64,000 bases of DNA from an uncultured Planctomycetia bacterium. Its GTDB lineage: Bacteria > Omnitrophota > Gorgyraeia > B26-G9. The first letter of the stretch is position 1, and the number at the start of each line of letters is the position of its first letter. The stretch is taken from contig CAYTGV010000006.1 in the NCBI GenBank assembly GCA_964437495.1, positions 18,529-82,528 on the forward strand. The letters run 5' to 3'. Both the position numbers and the translations under genes were made by a program. Positions 10,421 to 21,419 of the stretch are shown here, in pieces. The notes beneath the pieces were generated by a model that was not told the DNA's origin, did not search any database, and saw only the letters and a list, made by a program, of their open reading frames with translations.

Positions 10421-10466
10421 TAAAAAAAGACCCGCAGGAAATTAAACTCCTGCGGGTCTTTTAAAA
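10421..10466 (-). terminator. Rho-independent terminator downstream of groEL (bidirectional hairpin)
   Basis: GACCCGCAGGA-N8-TCCTGCGGGTC hairpin with an A-run on one side and a T-run on the other, 16 bp past the groEL stop. Confidence 0.6.
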
Positions 10467-10481
10467 GCGATTCAAACGGTA

Positions 10482-12435
<1,954 letters not shown>

Positions 12436-12469
12436 ACAAACACCTCCTTTTTCCCTTTTTATTCAATTA

Positions 12470-12496
12470 TCAGCACTCTACCTAGATGAGTGCTAA
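12470..12496 (-). promoter_or_regulatory. CIRCE operator (HrcA binding site) upstream of groES
   Basis: TCAGCACTC-N9-GAGTGCTAA against the consensus TTAGCACTC-N9-GAGTGCTAA (one mismatch), 35-60 bp upstream of the groES start. Confidence 0.75.
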
Positions 12497-12603
12497 TTTC
12501 TATGAAAGTTCAAGATAACATATTCAATATTGAAAATCAAGCTTTAAATTTAAATTATTTTAAGAAAATAAAGGCAAATATTCGATGTTTATGGGGTATT
12601 AGG

Positions 12604-13395
12604 CTACTTTGCTTTATTTTTTGATGATTTGTAAGCTATTTCGATTCCTTTTAATGTCAAATTTGGCTGATAATGGTCAATACTCTTACAAAGCGGTTCC
12701 ATGATTTTCAGATTTCCACCGGTCGCGACCACCACAGGCGCCTTTTTTAAATCTGCCTTAAGCTTACCTATTAATCCATCTACAAGAAAAGAATAGCCAT
12801 AGAAAATCCCGCTTAAAATAGAATTTTTCGTATCCTTACCTAACACTGCCTTTGGTTTTTTAGGATTTAAAAGCGGAAGTAAAGCAGTATTTGCATATAA
12901 TGCGTTTAAAGAAAGATTGATACCCGGAACAATAACTCCTCCCAAATAATCTCCCTTGGCTGAGATAACATCGATTGTAATCGCTGTGCCAAAGTCCACA
13001 ACCATTGCCGGCATGCTATAGCAGCTTTTCGCACCAACCGCATTTACCAGGCGGTCATTACCAACCTGCTCAGGACATTTATATTTATTTTTTATAGGAA
13101 TCACAATATCCTTGCCAATTATCAACACTTTGCTATTTGGCAGCATATACCTGTAATTTTTTTTTATAATACAATTAAGTCGCGGCACAACAGAGCAAAT
13201 AATCACTGCACTTATTGTATTCTTATTTATCTTGGCTTTTTTAATATTTTCGAACTGGTTTTTTTTAAAACTTCTTGATTTAGCTATAATATTTGTCGGG
13301 CTATGCCAGGTATAATACTTATCATTGCCCTTACTTATTCCAAAGGTTGTACTGCTATTACCGATATCTACTAAAAGCAACATTTCCCACCTCAA
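12604..13395 (-). CDS. coaX: Type III pantothenate kinase
   Basis: N-terminal LLLVDIGNSSTTFG and the ASKHA fold; the start may be the internal MLLLVD at 13383. Confidence 0.85.
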   Translation of the reverse strand: MRWEMLLLVDIGNSSTTFGISKGNDKYYTWHSPTNIIAKSRSFKKNQFENIKKAKINKNTISAVIICSVVPRLNCIIKKNYRYMLPNSKVLIIGKDIVIPIKNKYKCPEQVGNDRLVNAVGAKSCYSMPAMVVDFGTAITIDVISAKGDYLGGVIVPGINLSLNALYANTALLPLLNPKKPKAVLGKDTKNSILSGIFYGYSFLVDGLIGKLKADLKKAPVVVATGGNLKIMEPLCKSIDHYQPNLTLKGIEIAYKSSKNKAK

Positions 13396-13440
13396 TCTTT
13401 TAATGCTCTTATTTTTAGTATTCTGATTACTTTAAAAAAT

Positions 13441-13585
13441 TGTACTAAATATTGCGAATCTATTTTTCACACATAGGCTATTTTTATTAATTTTATCCCG
13501 GGATGGTCATGACCATCTTCTACAGATTCTAACCGCTGACGTTTTTATGCTTTTTTTTACTTTTACCTTTTACTTTTTACTTGAA
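13441..13585. repeat. Intergenic repeat module M1, copy a (contains perfect 16-bp palindrome GATGGTCATGACCATC)
   Basis: About 90% identical over ~145 bp to 43000-43145; both copies lie 45-60 bp upstream of a minus-strand gene start (coaX here, tgt for the other). Confidence 0.6.
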
Positions 13586-13586
13586 T

Positions 13587-13632
13587 CCTCGTCCCTCGTC
13601 CTAGCGAAGCGATCATCCATCATCCTTCGCAG
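13587..13632. repeat. Intergenic repeat module M2, copy a (CGTCCCTCGTCCTAG ... GCGAAG-N15-CTTCGC stem)
   Basis: Shares the CGTCCTTCGTCCTAG / ATCATCCTTCG core with 26907-26965, 48335-48410 and, in inverted orientation, 26625-26695. Confidence 0.4.
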
Positions 13633-13644
13633 CTTTACTATTAG

Positions 13645-13700
13645 CCGTTACCGTAGCCTTTTTAGACGATACGGGCATCGCAACCGCTAACCTTTTTACG
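13645..13700. repeat. Intergenic repeat module M3, copy a
   Basis: CCGTTACCGTAGCCTTTTTAGACGATACGGGCATCGCAACCGCT is nearly identical (one substitution in 44 nt) to 31486-31529. Confidence 0.55.
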
Positions 13701-13715
13701 CTTTTTATTTTACTA

Positions 13716-13790
13716 TCGACTATGGACCATCAGCCATCGACTATTAGCCATTAGCTTATTCTCTTTTAACTTTTAACTTATTTCTGGCTA
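13716..13790. repeat. Intergenic repeat module M4, copy a
   Basis: CATCAGCCATCGACTATTAGCCATTAGCTTATTCTCTTTTAACTTTT recurs at 43539-43600 and, partially, twice in 31446-31600. Each copy lies just past the stop of a minus-strand gene. Confidence 0.55.
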
Positions 13791-14747
13791 CTTAATTATC
13801 CTGACATCACCGCTAAGTATATGATGTAAAAAACCAAAATCATCCCTCACAATTAAAGCCCCTGAGCTGTCAATATCCATAGCCTGACCTTCTATAATCG
13901 ATGATCTCCATTTTACTTTTATCCGCCGTCCTAATGTTACGGAAAGATCTCTCCAATCTGTGATTATTTCTTCAAACTTCAGGTTTTTTAATTTTATATA
14001 ATATAGCTCAAGTTCACAAAGTAATTTTTTTAAAAATTCTATCCTGTTTATTTTCTTATTTAGTATATGTTTCAACGATGTCGAGCCTTTGGGCAGCTTT
14101 AAAGGATCAGTATTAACATTAACCCCAATCCCCAGAATTATAAAATTTATTCCGTCTTGTTCGGCGTTCATCTCAGTTAAAATACCGCAAATTTTATCTT
14201 GATTAACATATACATCATTAGGCCATTTGATAACCGCTTCAATCCCATAATTATCTCTTAACACTTTTGCTGTACAGATAGAGGCCATTAGCGTAATCTT
14301 GCCGGCTTCTGTCGGAGTTATCCGGGGCCTTAGGATCAAGGAAAAATATAGACCACCTTTTGCCGGTGAGGCCCATGTCCTGCCCATTCTCCCTCGTCCA
14401 TTGGTCTGTTTTTCACTTAAAACTAATGTCCCTTCAGGCATTGACTGCTCAGCAAGCATATAAGCAACATCATTAGTAGACGTTGTTGTGACATAAGAAA
14501 AAATTCGCTTACCCATAATTTTTGCCTTAAGCCGATAGCTTATCTCCTCCGGAAGCAGCCTATCCGGTACTCCGTTTAAACGATAGCCGTAATGCGGCTG
14601 CGCAATTATCTCATATCCGTTTTCCTTTAAGTTCTGAATATGCTTCCAAATCGCAGTGCGCGACACCTTAAGATTGCGTGATATTTCTTCTCCGGAAATA
14701 AAGTTCTCTTTATTTTCCTTTAGAAACTCTAATATCTTTTTTTCCAC
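13788..14747 (-). CDS. birA: Biotin--[acetyl-CoA-carboxylase] ligase / biotin operon repressor BirA (with N-terminal HTH)
   Basis: N-terminal wHTH (ISGEEISRNLKVSRTAIWKHIQNL), the BPL catalytic domain (GRGRMGRTW) and the C-terminal SH3-like domain. Confidence 0.85.
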   Translation of the reverse strand: MEKKILEFLKENKENFISGEEISRNLKVSRTAIWKHIQNLKENGYEIIAQPHYGYRLNGVPDRLLPEEISYRLKAKIMGKRIFSYVTTTSTNDVAYMLAEQSMPEGTLVLSEKQTNGRGRMGRTWASPAKGGLYFSLILRPRITPTEAGKITLMASICTAKVLRDNYGIEAVIKWPNDVYVNQDKICGILTEMNAEQDGINFIILGIGVNVNTDPLKLPKGSTSLKHILNKKINRIEFLKKLLCELELYYIKLKNLKFEEIITDWRDLSVTLGRRIKVKWRSSIIEGQAMDIDSSGALIVRDDFGFLHHILSGDVRIIK

Positions 14748-16716
14748 TTTTTCCTTTTTGCTTTAATGTAAGTATTTTATCTCTTAAAGTAATCGCTCTT
14801 TCAAATTGGAGATTCTTGGCTGCTTTAGCCATTTCTTTTTCCAGTTCATCAATTAAATAGTAGCGCTCATAGGTTTTTAAATCCTTCGCTACCACATCGC
14901 AAACAATTTTCTCTGCTTCAGCCTCAACTTCTATCCAGTCTCGAATAGCCTTTTTTATTGATCTTGGTGTAATATTATTTTCTTTATTGTATTTTAACTG
15001 TTTTTCTCTTCTACTCCTGGTAACTTCAATGGTCTTTGCCAATGATTTAGTCATTGTGTCAGCATACATGACAACCTTTCCATTTACATTACGCGCTGCC
15101 CTGCCAGCTACCTGTATCAAGGATGTAGCGGAACGCAAAAAGCCCTCCTTATCGGCATCCATCACACATACAAGCGCTACTTCAGGAAGATCAAGCCCCT
15201 CTCTGAGCAGATTCACCCCCACTAGACAATCAAAATTTTTCTTTCTCAATTCGCTTATTACCTTTATCCTGTCCAGTGCATTCAACTCAGAGTGTATATA
15301 GCTCGTAGCAATTCCCGCGTCTTTTAGATACTGCGCCAGATCTTCAGCCATGCGTTTTGTCAGTGTAGTCACCAGCACTCTTTCGTTTTTATTTGCGCTT
15401 TCCTTTATACGTTTAATTAGATCATCAACCTGGTTCAAGGAACTTACTACAATAACCTCTGGATCGATCAGTCCGGTAGGCCTGATTATCTGCTCAACTA
15501 CCGCTCCTTTACTTTTTTCCAACTCATAAACAGAGGGTGTAGCTGAGGCGAAAAGAACCTGATCAAGAACTGATTCAAATTCATCAAACTTTAAAGGCCG
15601 GTTATCAAGACAGGACGGCAGCCTGAACCCATAATCAGTCAAGACCTGCTTTCTGGCCTTATCTCCATTATACATTCCCCGCACCTGCGGTATAGTAACA
15701 TGCGATTCATCAATAATCGTGAGAAAATCTCTGCCAAAATAATCAATCAGGCAATCAGGGCGGCTTCCCTGAGTGCGGCCGCTTAAATGGCGTGAATAGT
15801 TTTCTACCCCATGACAAAAACCGGTTTCACGCAGCATTTCCAGATCATATTTTGTGCGGGATTCAAGCCTCTGCGCCTCAAGCAGCTTTCCCAGTGAATT
15901 CAGCTCAGCTAGCCTGTGATTCAATTCTAAAATTATAGAGTTTAATCCGGACTCAAGCCGCTCATCATCAACTAAAAAATGTTTAGCCGGGTATAAAGCG
16001 ATCTCACTCTCCTGCGTAATCCTATTTAAACTGACCGGATCAATAATCGTAATTCTCTCTATGGTATCACCAAAGAATTCTATGCGCACAGCTCTTTGTT
16101 CATAAGCCGGAAAAATCTCCACTGTATCTCCCCGTACCCTGAAGATCCCCTGCAAAAATTCAATATCATTGCGCTCATAACGAATCTTTATAAGTTTTCT
16201 TAAAAGCTCATCCCGATCCATACCCTGTCCTACCTTTAAATGAATATACATTGCTTTGTATTGGCGGGGTGAGCCTAAATTATAAATACACGATACACTG
16301 CTTACGACAATCACATCTCTGCGGCTCATCAGAGATGTAGTGGCCCCAAGCCGAAGTCGGTTGATGCGTTCATTGATGGAAGCGTCTTTTTCAATATAAG
16401 TATCGGTTTGAGGAATATATGCTTCCGGCTGATAATAATCATAATAACTCACGAAATATTCAACAGCATTTTCTGGAAAAAAATCTTTGAATTCCGCATA
16501 GAGCTGAGCAGCAAGCGTTTTATTGTGGGAAATCACAAGCGTTGGTTTGTTAAGGGCAGCGATAACACTGGCCATAGTAAAAGTTTTTCCGCTGCCGGTC
16601 ACACCAAGTAAGGTCTGGTTAGGATTGCCGCTTTTAATTAGTTGCCTCAGCTTAGCAATCGCCTGTGTCTGATCACCGCATGCCTTAAACGGGCTGATGA
16701 GCTTAAAGGGTTTCAT
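14710..16716 (-). CDS. uvrB: Excinuclease ABC subunit B
   Basis: 668-aa ORF with Walker A GSGKTFT, helicase motifs and a C-terminal UVR domain; overlaps birA by 38 nt. Confidence 0.95.
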   Translation of the reverse strand: MKPFKLISPFKACGDQTQAIAKLRQLIKSGNPNQTLLGVTGSGKTFTMASVIAALNKPTLVISHNKTLAAQLYAEFKDFFPENAVEYFVSYYDYYQPEAYIPQTDTYIEKDASINERINRLRLGATTSLMSRRDVIVVSSVSCIYNLGSPRQYKAMYIHLKVGQGMDRDELLRKLIKIRYERNDIEFLQGIFRVRGDTVEIFPAYEQRAVRIEFFGDTIERITIIDPVSLNRITQESEIALYPAKHFLVDDERLESGLNSIILELNHRLAELNSLGKLLEAQRLESRTKYDLEMLRETGFCHGVENYSRHLSGRTQGSRPDCLIDYFGRDFLTIIDESHVTIPQVRGMYNGDKARKQVLTDYGFRLPSCLDNRPLKFDEFESVLDQVLFASATPSVYELEKSKGAVVEQIIRPTGLIDPEVIVVSSLNQVDDLIKRIKESANKNERVLVTTLTKRMAEDLAQYLKDAGIATSYIHSELNALDRIKVISELRKKNFDCLVGVNLLREGLDLPEVALVCVMDADKEGFLRSATSLIQVAGRAARNVNGKVVMYADTMTKSLAKTIEVTRSRREKQLKYNKENNITPRSIKKAIRDWIEVEAEAEKIVCDVVAKDLKTYERYYLIDELEKEMAKAAKNLQFERAITLRDKILTLKQKGKSGKKDIRVSKGK

Positions 16717-16719
16717 TAC

Positions 16720-17817
16720 TTAACGCGATTCTTTACCAGACTTCATGAGCAATGCTTTAAAATGCGATATATCCTTAACCCGGCTAAGAGCAGTTTCATA
16801 GCTTATAACGCCCTTAGAATACAGTTCTTTTAATGATGTATCCATAAGTTGCATGCCCATATCCAGACTAGTCTGCATGACAGTGGGGATCTGCTCTGTT
16901 TTTGCCTCACGAATAATATTACGCATAGCCGGAGATGCAACAAGTATTTCAGCTGCCAGAACTCTGCCTTTACCGTCAATACGCGGCAGCAGCTGCTGAG
17001 AAACAATACCTTCAAGCGCATTGGCAAGCACCATTCTTATCTGCTGCTGTGAATGAGGCGGGAACACATCAATAATTCTGTCAATTGTCTGCGATGCATC
17101 AGGCGTATGCAGAGTTGCCAAAACTAAATGCCCTGTCTCTGCTGCTGTCAAAGCTGTTGAAATCGTTTCAAGATCTCTCATCTCTCCTACACAAATTACA
17201 TCAGGATCCTGCCTTAAAGTATGCACTAGGGCATTAGCAAAAGACTTAGTGTCTGAATAAACCTCTCTTTGAATTATAACGCTTTTTTTATGTTCATGAA
17301 TGTATTCTATGGGGTCTTCAATAATAATAACCCGGTCAGAGCGCTCCCGGTTAATAATGTCGATCATCGCGTTCATAGTGGTTGTCTTACCAACTCCGGT
17401 AGGTCCAGTTACAAGAACCATACCGGAGCGTTTTCGGCAAAACTCAGGGATAATAGTGGGAAGTCCCAGTTCCTCGGTTGATTTAATCCTCAAGCCAACA
17501 ATACGAAAAGCCCCCTCAATATTATCCTTGGAAATATACATATTAACCCTAAATCTGCTGATACCCGGCATGGCTATGGAAAAATCAAGCTCCCAATCCC
17601 TTTCAAACTTAGCGGCTTGAACTTTATTTAAAATACTATAGAGCATTTCCTTTGTCTGCTCTTTAGTCAAAGCATCCATTTCCATAGGAAGAAGTTCTCC
17701 GTCAATCCGTAAAGTCGGAGGCGAACCGCAAACAATATGCAAATCTGAAGCATTGCTTTCAACAGCAATTTCTAATAGTTTTCTGATATCCATTTTAATC
17801 TCCTTATATATTAACAA
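16720..17817 (-). CDS. pilT: Type IV pilus retraction ATPase PilT
   Basis: Walker A GPTGVGKTTT and the PilT family AIRNLIRE-like motif; ~345-aa core. Confidence 0.85.
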   Translation of the reverse strand: MLIYKEIKMDIRKLLEIAVESNASDLHIVCGSPPTLRIDGELLPMEMDALTKEQTKEMLYSILNKVQAAKFERDWELDFSIAMPGISRFRVNMYISKDNIEGAFRIVGLRIKSTEELGLPTIIPEFCRKRSGMVLVTGPTGVGKTTTMNAMIDIINRERSDRVIIIEDPIEYIHEHKKSVIIQREVYSDTKSFANALVHTLRQDPDVICVGEMRDLETISTALTAAETGHLVLATLHTPDASQTIDRIIDVFPPHSQQQIRMVLANALEGIVSQQLLPRIDGKGRVLAAEILVASPAMRNIIREAKTEQIPTVMQTSLDMGMQLMDTSLKELYSKGVISYETALSRVKDISHFKALLMKSGKESR

Positions 17818-18702
17818 CTATAACACATTAAGACTGAAATCTACGCATTCCGCAGAATGGGTTAAAACGCCCATAGAAATAAAGTCTACTCCGCAAGCGG
17901 CCACTAATCTGATGTTTTCTCCCGTAATATTCCCGGAAGCTTCAAGCTTGATGTGCTTATTAATCTTATTTCTAAGCTCTACGGCTTTTTTCATTGCAAC
18001 CAAATTCATATTATCAAGCATGATAATATCAGGGACACCCATCAAAGCATCCTTAAATTCAGAAATATTTTTTACCTCTATCTCAATAATTATTTTTTTC
18101 GGCACTTTTTTCCTAGTCTGCTTTATAATATCACACAAGCTGTATCCAGAGAAAGTTTTTTTAAGAATCTTTAAGTGATTATCCTTTATTAATACCTGGT
18201 CAAACAATCCTGTTCGATGATTACTGCCTCCGCCTACCTTAACCGCGTATTTCTCAAGAACACGTAATCCGGGAGTGGTTTTTCTTGTATCTAGGATTAT
18301 CGCCTTGGATTTTCTGATCTTATCGCTAATAATTCTGGTCTTGGTCGCAATCCCAGAGAGCCTGCCGAGAAAATTCAAGGCTGTTCTCTCTGTATTTAAA
18401 ATGCTAGCTGCTGCCCCCTTTATGGTACAAATCTCTGATTTGCCTTTTAACCTATCGCCCTCTTTGACATGAGCGATTACCTTTGTCCTTTTGTCAACTT
18501 GGGCAAAGGCCTCTTTTAGCACATCCAGGCCGCAAACAACCACATCAGGTTCTTTAGATATTATAAGGGCTTTAATATTTACTGTTTTATTCAGTCCATA
18601 TTCACAGGTAATATCACCATTACCAATATCCTCAGCAAGCGCATTACTTACTATTATTGAAATATCTGATATAACATGTTTTTTCTCATTTTTTAAACGC
18701 AA
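17818..18702 (-). CDS. nadC: Nicotinate-nucleotide pyrophosphorylase (quinolinate phosphoribosyltransferase)
   Basis: 294-aa ORF with a QPRTase N-terminal domain and TIM barrel (...NHRTGLFD...IKDNH...). Confidence 0.85.
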   Translation of the reverse strand: MRLKNEKKHVISDISIIVSNALAEDIGNGDITCEYGLNKTVNIKALIISKEPDVVVCGLDVLKEAFAQVDKRTKVIAHVKEGDRLKGKSEICTIKGAAASILNTERTALNFLGRLSGIATKTRIISDKIRKSKAIILDTRKTTPGLRVLEKYAVKVGGGSNHRTGLFDQVLIKDNHLKILKKTFSGYSLCDIIKQTRKKVPKKIIIEIEVKNISEFKDALMGVPDIIMLDNMNLVAMKKAVELRNKINKHIKLEASGNITGENIRLVAACGVDFISMGVLTHSAECVDFSLNVL

Positions 18703-21415
18703 TTTTTATTTTCTCCAATTTCTCCATTTCCTGCTTTAATTCAAGCAGGCTTTGCTTTTCCCTTTCCACAATAGCAGCCGGAGCTTTTTTAACATAATTC
18801 AGATTCCCCAGCAGTTTATTCTTGCGCATTATATGAGCATTTAATTCCTTTATCTGATCTTCTATTTTTTGTTTTTTATCACTCGCATCAAGCGCGCTAT
18901 CTCCTTTAACGATCATAGAGATGACCGCACCGGCAGCGGTAGTTGACAAAGCTCCGCCTTGAGCGATATCTGTTGTAGAGGCAAATTTAAGCTCCTTAAC
19001 CTTTGCAAGATTTCTAAGATAATCCGCATTATTATTAAGCAACTGCAAAATCTGCGCGTTATCGGATCCGATACTAACAAAACTTACATCTGCTGGTTTA
19101 ATGTTGTCCAGACTTCTAAGATTTCTTATACCAATACAAACATCCATCACAGACTGCATTTCATTCTCAGAATTTATATCTATATAATCCTCATCGATCT
19201 CAGGCCAGGCAACAGACATGATCGATGTTTTACTTCCGGTAACTTTTTGCCAGATCTCATCAGTAATAAGCGGAATAAAAGGATGCATTATTCTGAGACT
19301 TTTATCAAGTATATTATAGAGAACTGCCTTTGTCAGAATACTATCAATATTCTGCTTAGAGGCCTCGATATACCAATCGCAAAACTGATGCCAGAAAAAC
19401 TCATAAATAGTATTTGCCGCTTCATTGAGTCTATAAAGGCTTAGGGACTTATTCAATTTTTTAAGCGTAGAATTAAAACAGCTGAGTATCCAGGCATCGG
19501 CTAGATTGAGCTCGCTCAGAGGCGGTATCTTCTGCGCCGCGGCGTCAACCCCGTCCAGATTTAATAAAATAAAACGTGATGCATTCCAGATTTTATTACA
19601 AAAATTTCTGCCGAATTCAAATTTCTCTTTAGCCAGATATACATCCTGGCCCATGGAGGTAATGGAAATTAAACTAAAACGCATAGCGTCCGTTCCGTAT
19701 TCTGAGATAACCTCAAGCGGGTCAATGCTATTGCCGAGTGACTTGGACATCTTTTTACCTTCATTATCGCGCACAGTTCCATGAATATATACATCTTTAA
19801 ACGGAATATCCCCCATAAACTCAAAACCAGCCATAATCATGCGGGCTACCCAGAAAAAAATGATCTCAGGCGCAGTAACCAGCACTGAGGTTGGATAAAA
19901 ATACTCTAATTCCTTTTTTGCTATCTTCTGTTTTCCGTCTTCTGTTTTCTGATTAAACGGCCAGCCAAAAGTAGCAAAAGGCCATAGCCAGCTTGAAAAC
20001 CATGTATCCAGCACATCTTCATCCTGTACAAGATCATTTGATCCGCATTCCGGACATTTTTCCGGTTTCTCCCGGGAAACTATTACACCTTTAGCTTTCT
20101 CCTTAGTAATTAGTAATTTATCATCTGTAATTAGGCTTGCTGCTGCCTCCTCACATTTTCTACAATAATACACTGGAAGCCGATGCCCCCACCAGATCTG
20201 ACGGGAAATACACCAATCCTGGATATTTTCCATCCAGTTTAAATAAACCTTAGTCCACCTTTGAGGATGGAAGTTAATCCTTCCGTCCTTTACTGCCTCA
20301 AGTGCCGGCCCAGCCAGCGACTTCATGTTCACAAACCACTGTTTGGAATAATATGGCTCAATCACAGTATGACATCTATAACAATGTCCCACCGCATGAG
20401 AATGCGCATCAATTTTTACTAAAAGACCCTGGACTTTTAAATCATCAATTATATCTTTACGGGCTTTAAACCGATCCCTTCCATTGTAGTCACCGGCATT
20501 TTCATTACAAATTCCGTTTGGATGCAAAACATTTATAAATTCAAGATCATGCCTTTTGCCAATCGCATAGTCATTGGGATCATGAGCTGGGGTGACTTTA
20601 ACTGCACCTGTTCCAAATTCAGGATCGACAAAATCATCTGCAATTATCTTAATTTCCCTATTCATCAAAGGCAAAATTACAGTTTTGCCGACAAGTTTTT
20701 TATATCTTTTATCCTCAGGATGAACAGCCACAGCCGTATCGCCAAGCATTGTCTCCGGTCTTGTCGTTGCAACTTGAATAAAATCATTAGTCCCCTTAAT
20801 CGGATATTTTATATGATATAAATTCCCCTGTATATCTTTATGCGGCGCTTCTTCATCTGAGAGTGCGGTCTGACATCTAGGGCACCAATTAATTATGCGA
20901 TTGCCACGGTAAATCAGTCCTTTATCATACAATCGAATAAAAACCTCAAGTACCGCATCGCTATATCCTTTATCCATTGTAAATCTTAATCTCTGCCAAT
21001 CACACGCACAGGCAAGCCTTCTCAGCTGTTTTATAATTGTAGAACCATATTCCTGCTTCCAGGCCCATACATGTTCAAGAAATTTTTCCCGGCCCAGATC
21101 ATCTCTGGTAAGTTTTTCTTTTGCCAGTTTGCGCTCAACTACATTCTGAGTGGCAATACCGGCATGATCAGTCCCCGGCATCCAAAGGGTTTCAAACCCA
21201 GCCATTTTTTTATATCGGATCAGGATATCCTGAATCGTATTATTCAGAGCATGGCCCATATGGAGAATCCCGGTAACATTTGGCGGTGGAATTAAAATTG
21301 AAAATGGTCTTTTGGAATGGTCGATTTTCCCATGGAAAAATGATTTTTTTTCACAGGATAGATATTGCTTTTCCTCAATATCCTTAAAACTATATTTTTT
21401 AGCAAGCTCTTCCAC
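18686..21415 (-). CDS. valS: Valine--tRNA ligase
   Basis: 909-aa ORF with the HIGH motif (HMGHALN), KMSKS, the CP1 editing domain and a C-terminal coiled coil. Confidence 0.95.
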   Translation of the reverse strand: MEELAKKYSFKDIEEKQYLSCEKKSFFHGKIDHSKRPFSILIPPPNVTGILHMGHALNNTIQDILIRYKKMAGFETLWMPGTDHAGIATQNVVERKLAKEKLTRDDLGREKFLEHVWAWKQEYGSTIIKQLRRLACACDWQRLRFTMDKGYSDAVLEVFIRLYDKGLIYRGNRIINWCPRCQTALSDEEAPHKDIQGNLYHIKYPIKGTNDFIQVATTRPETMLGDTAVAVHPEDKRYKKLVGKTVILPLMNREIKIIADDFVDPEFGTGAVKVTPAHDPNDYAIGKRHDLEFINVLHPNGICNENAGDYNGRDRFKARKDIIDDLKVQGLLVKIDAHSHAVGHCYRCHTVIEPYYSKQWFVNMKSLAGPALEAVKDGRINFHPQRWTKVYLNWMENIQDWCISRQIWWGHRLPVYYCRKCEEAAASLITDDKLLITKEKAKGVIVSREKPEKCPECGSNDLVQDEDVLDTWFSSWLWPFATFGWPFNQKTEDGKQKIAKKELEYFYPTSVLVTAPEIIFFWVARMIMAGFEFMGDIPFKDVYIHGTVRDNEGKKMSKSLGNSIDPLEVISEYGTDAMRFSLISITSMGQDVYLAKEKFEFGRNFCNKIWNASRFILLNLDGVDAAAQKIPPLSELNLADAWILSCFNSTLKKLNKSLSLYRLNEAANTIYEFFWHQFCDWYIEASKQNIDSILTKAVLYNILDKSLRIMHPFIPLITDEIWQKVTGSKTSIMSVAWPEIDEDYIDINSENEMQSVMDVCIGIRNLRSLDNIKPADVSFVSIGSDNAQILQLLNNNADYLRNLAKVKELKFASTTDIAQGGALSTTAAGAVISMIVKGDSALDASDKKQKIEDQIKELNAHIMRKNKLLGNLNYVKKAPAAIVEREKQSLLELKQEMEKLEKIKIAFKK

Positions 21416-21419
21416 GATA

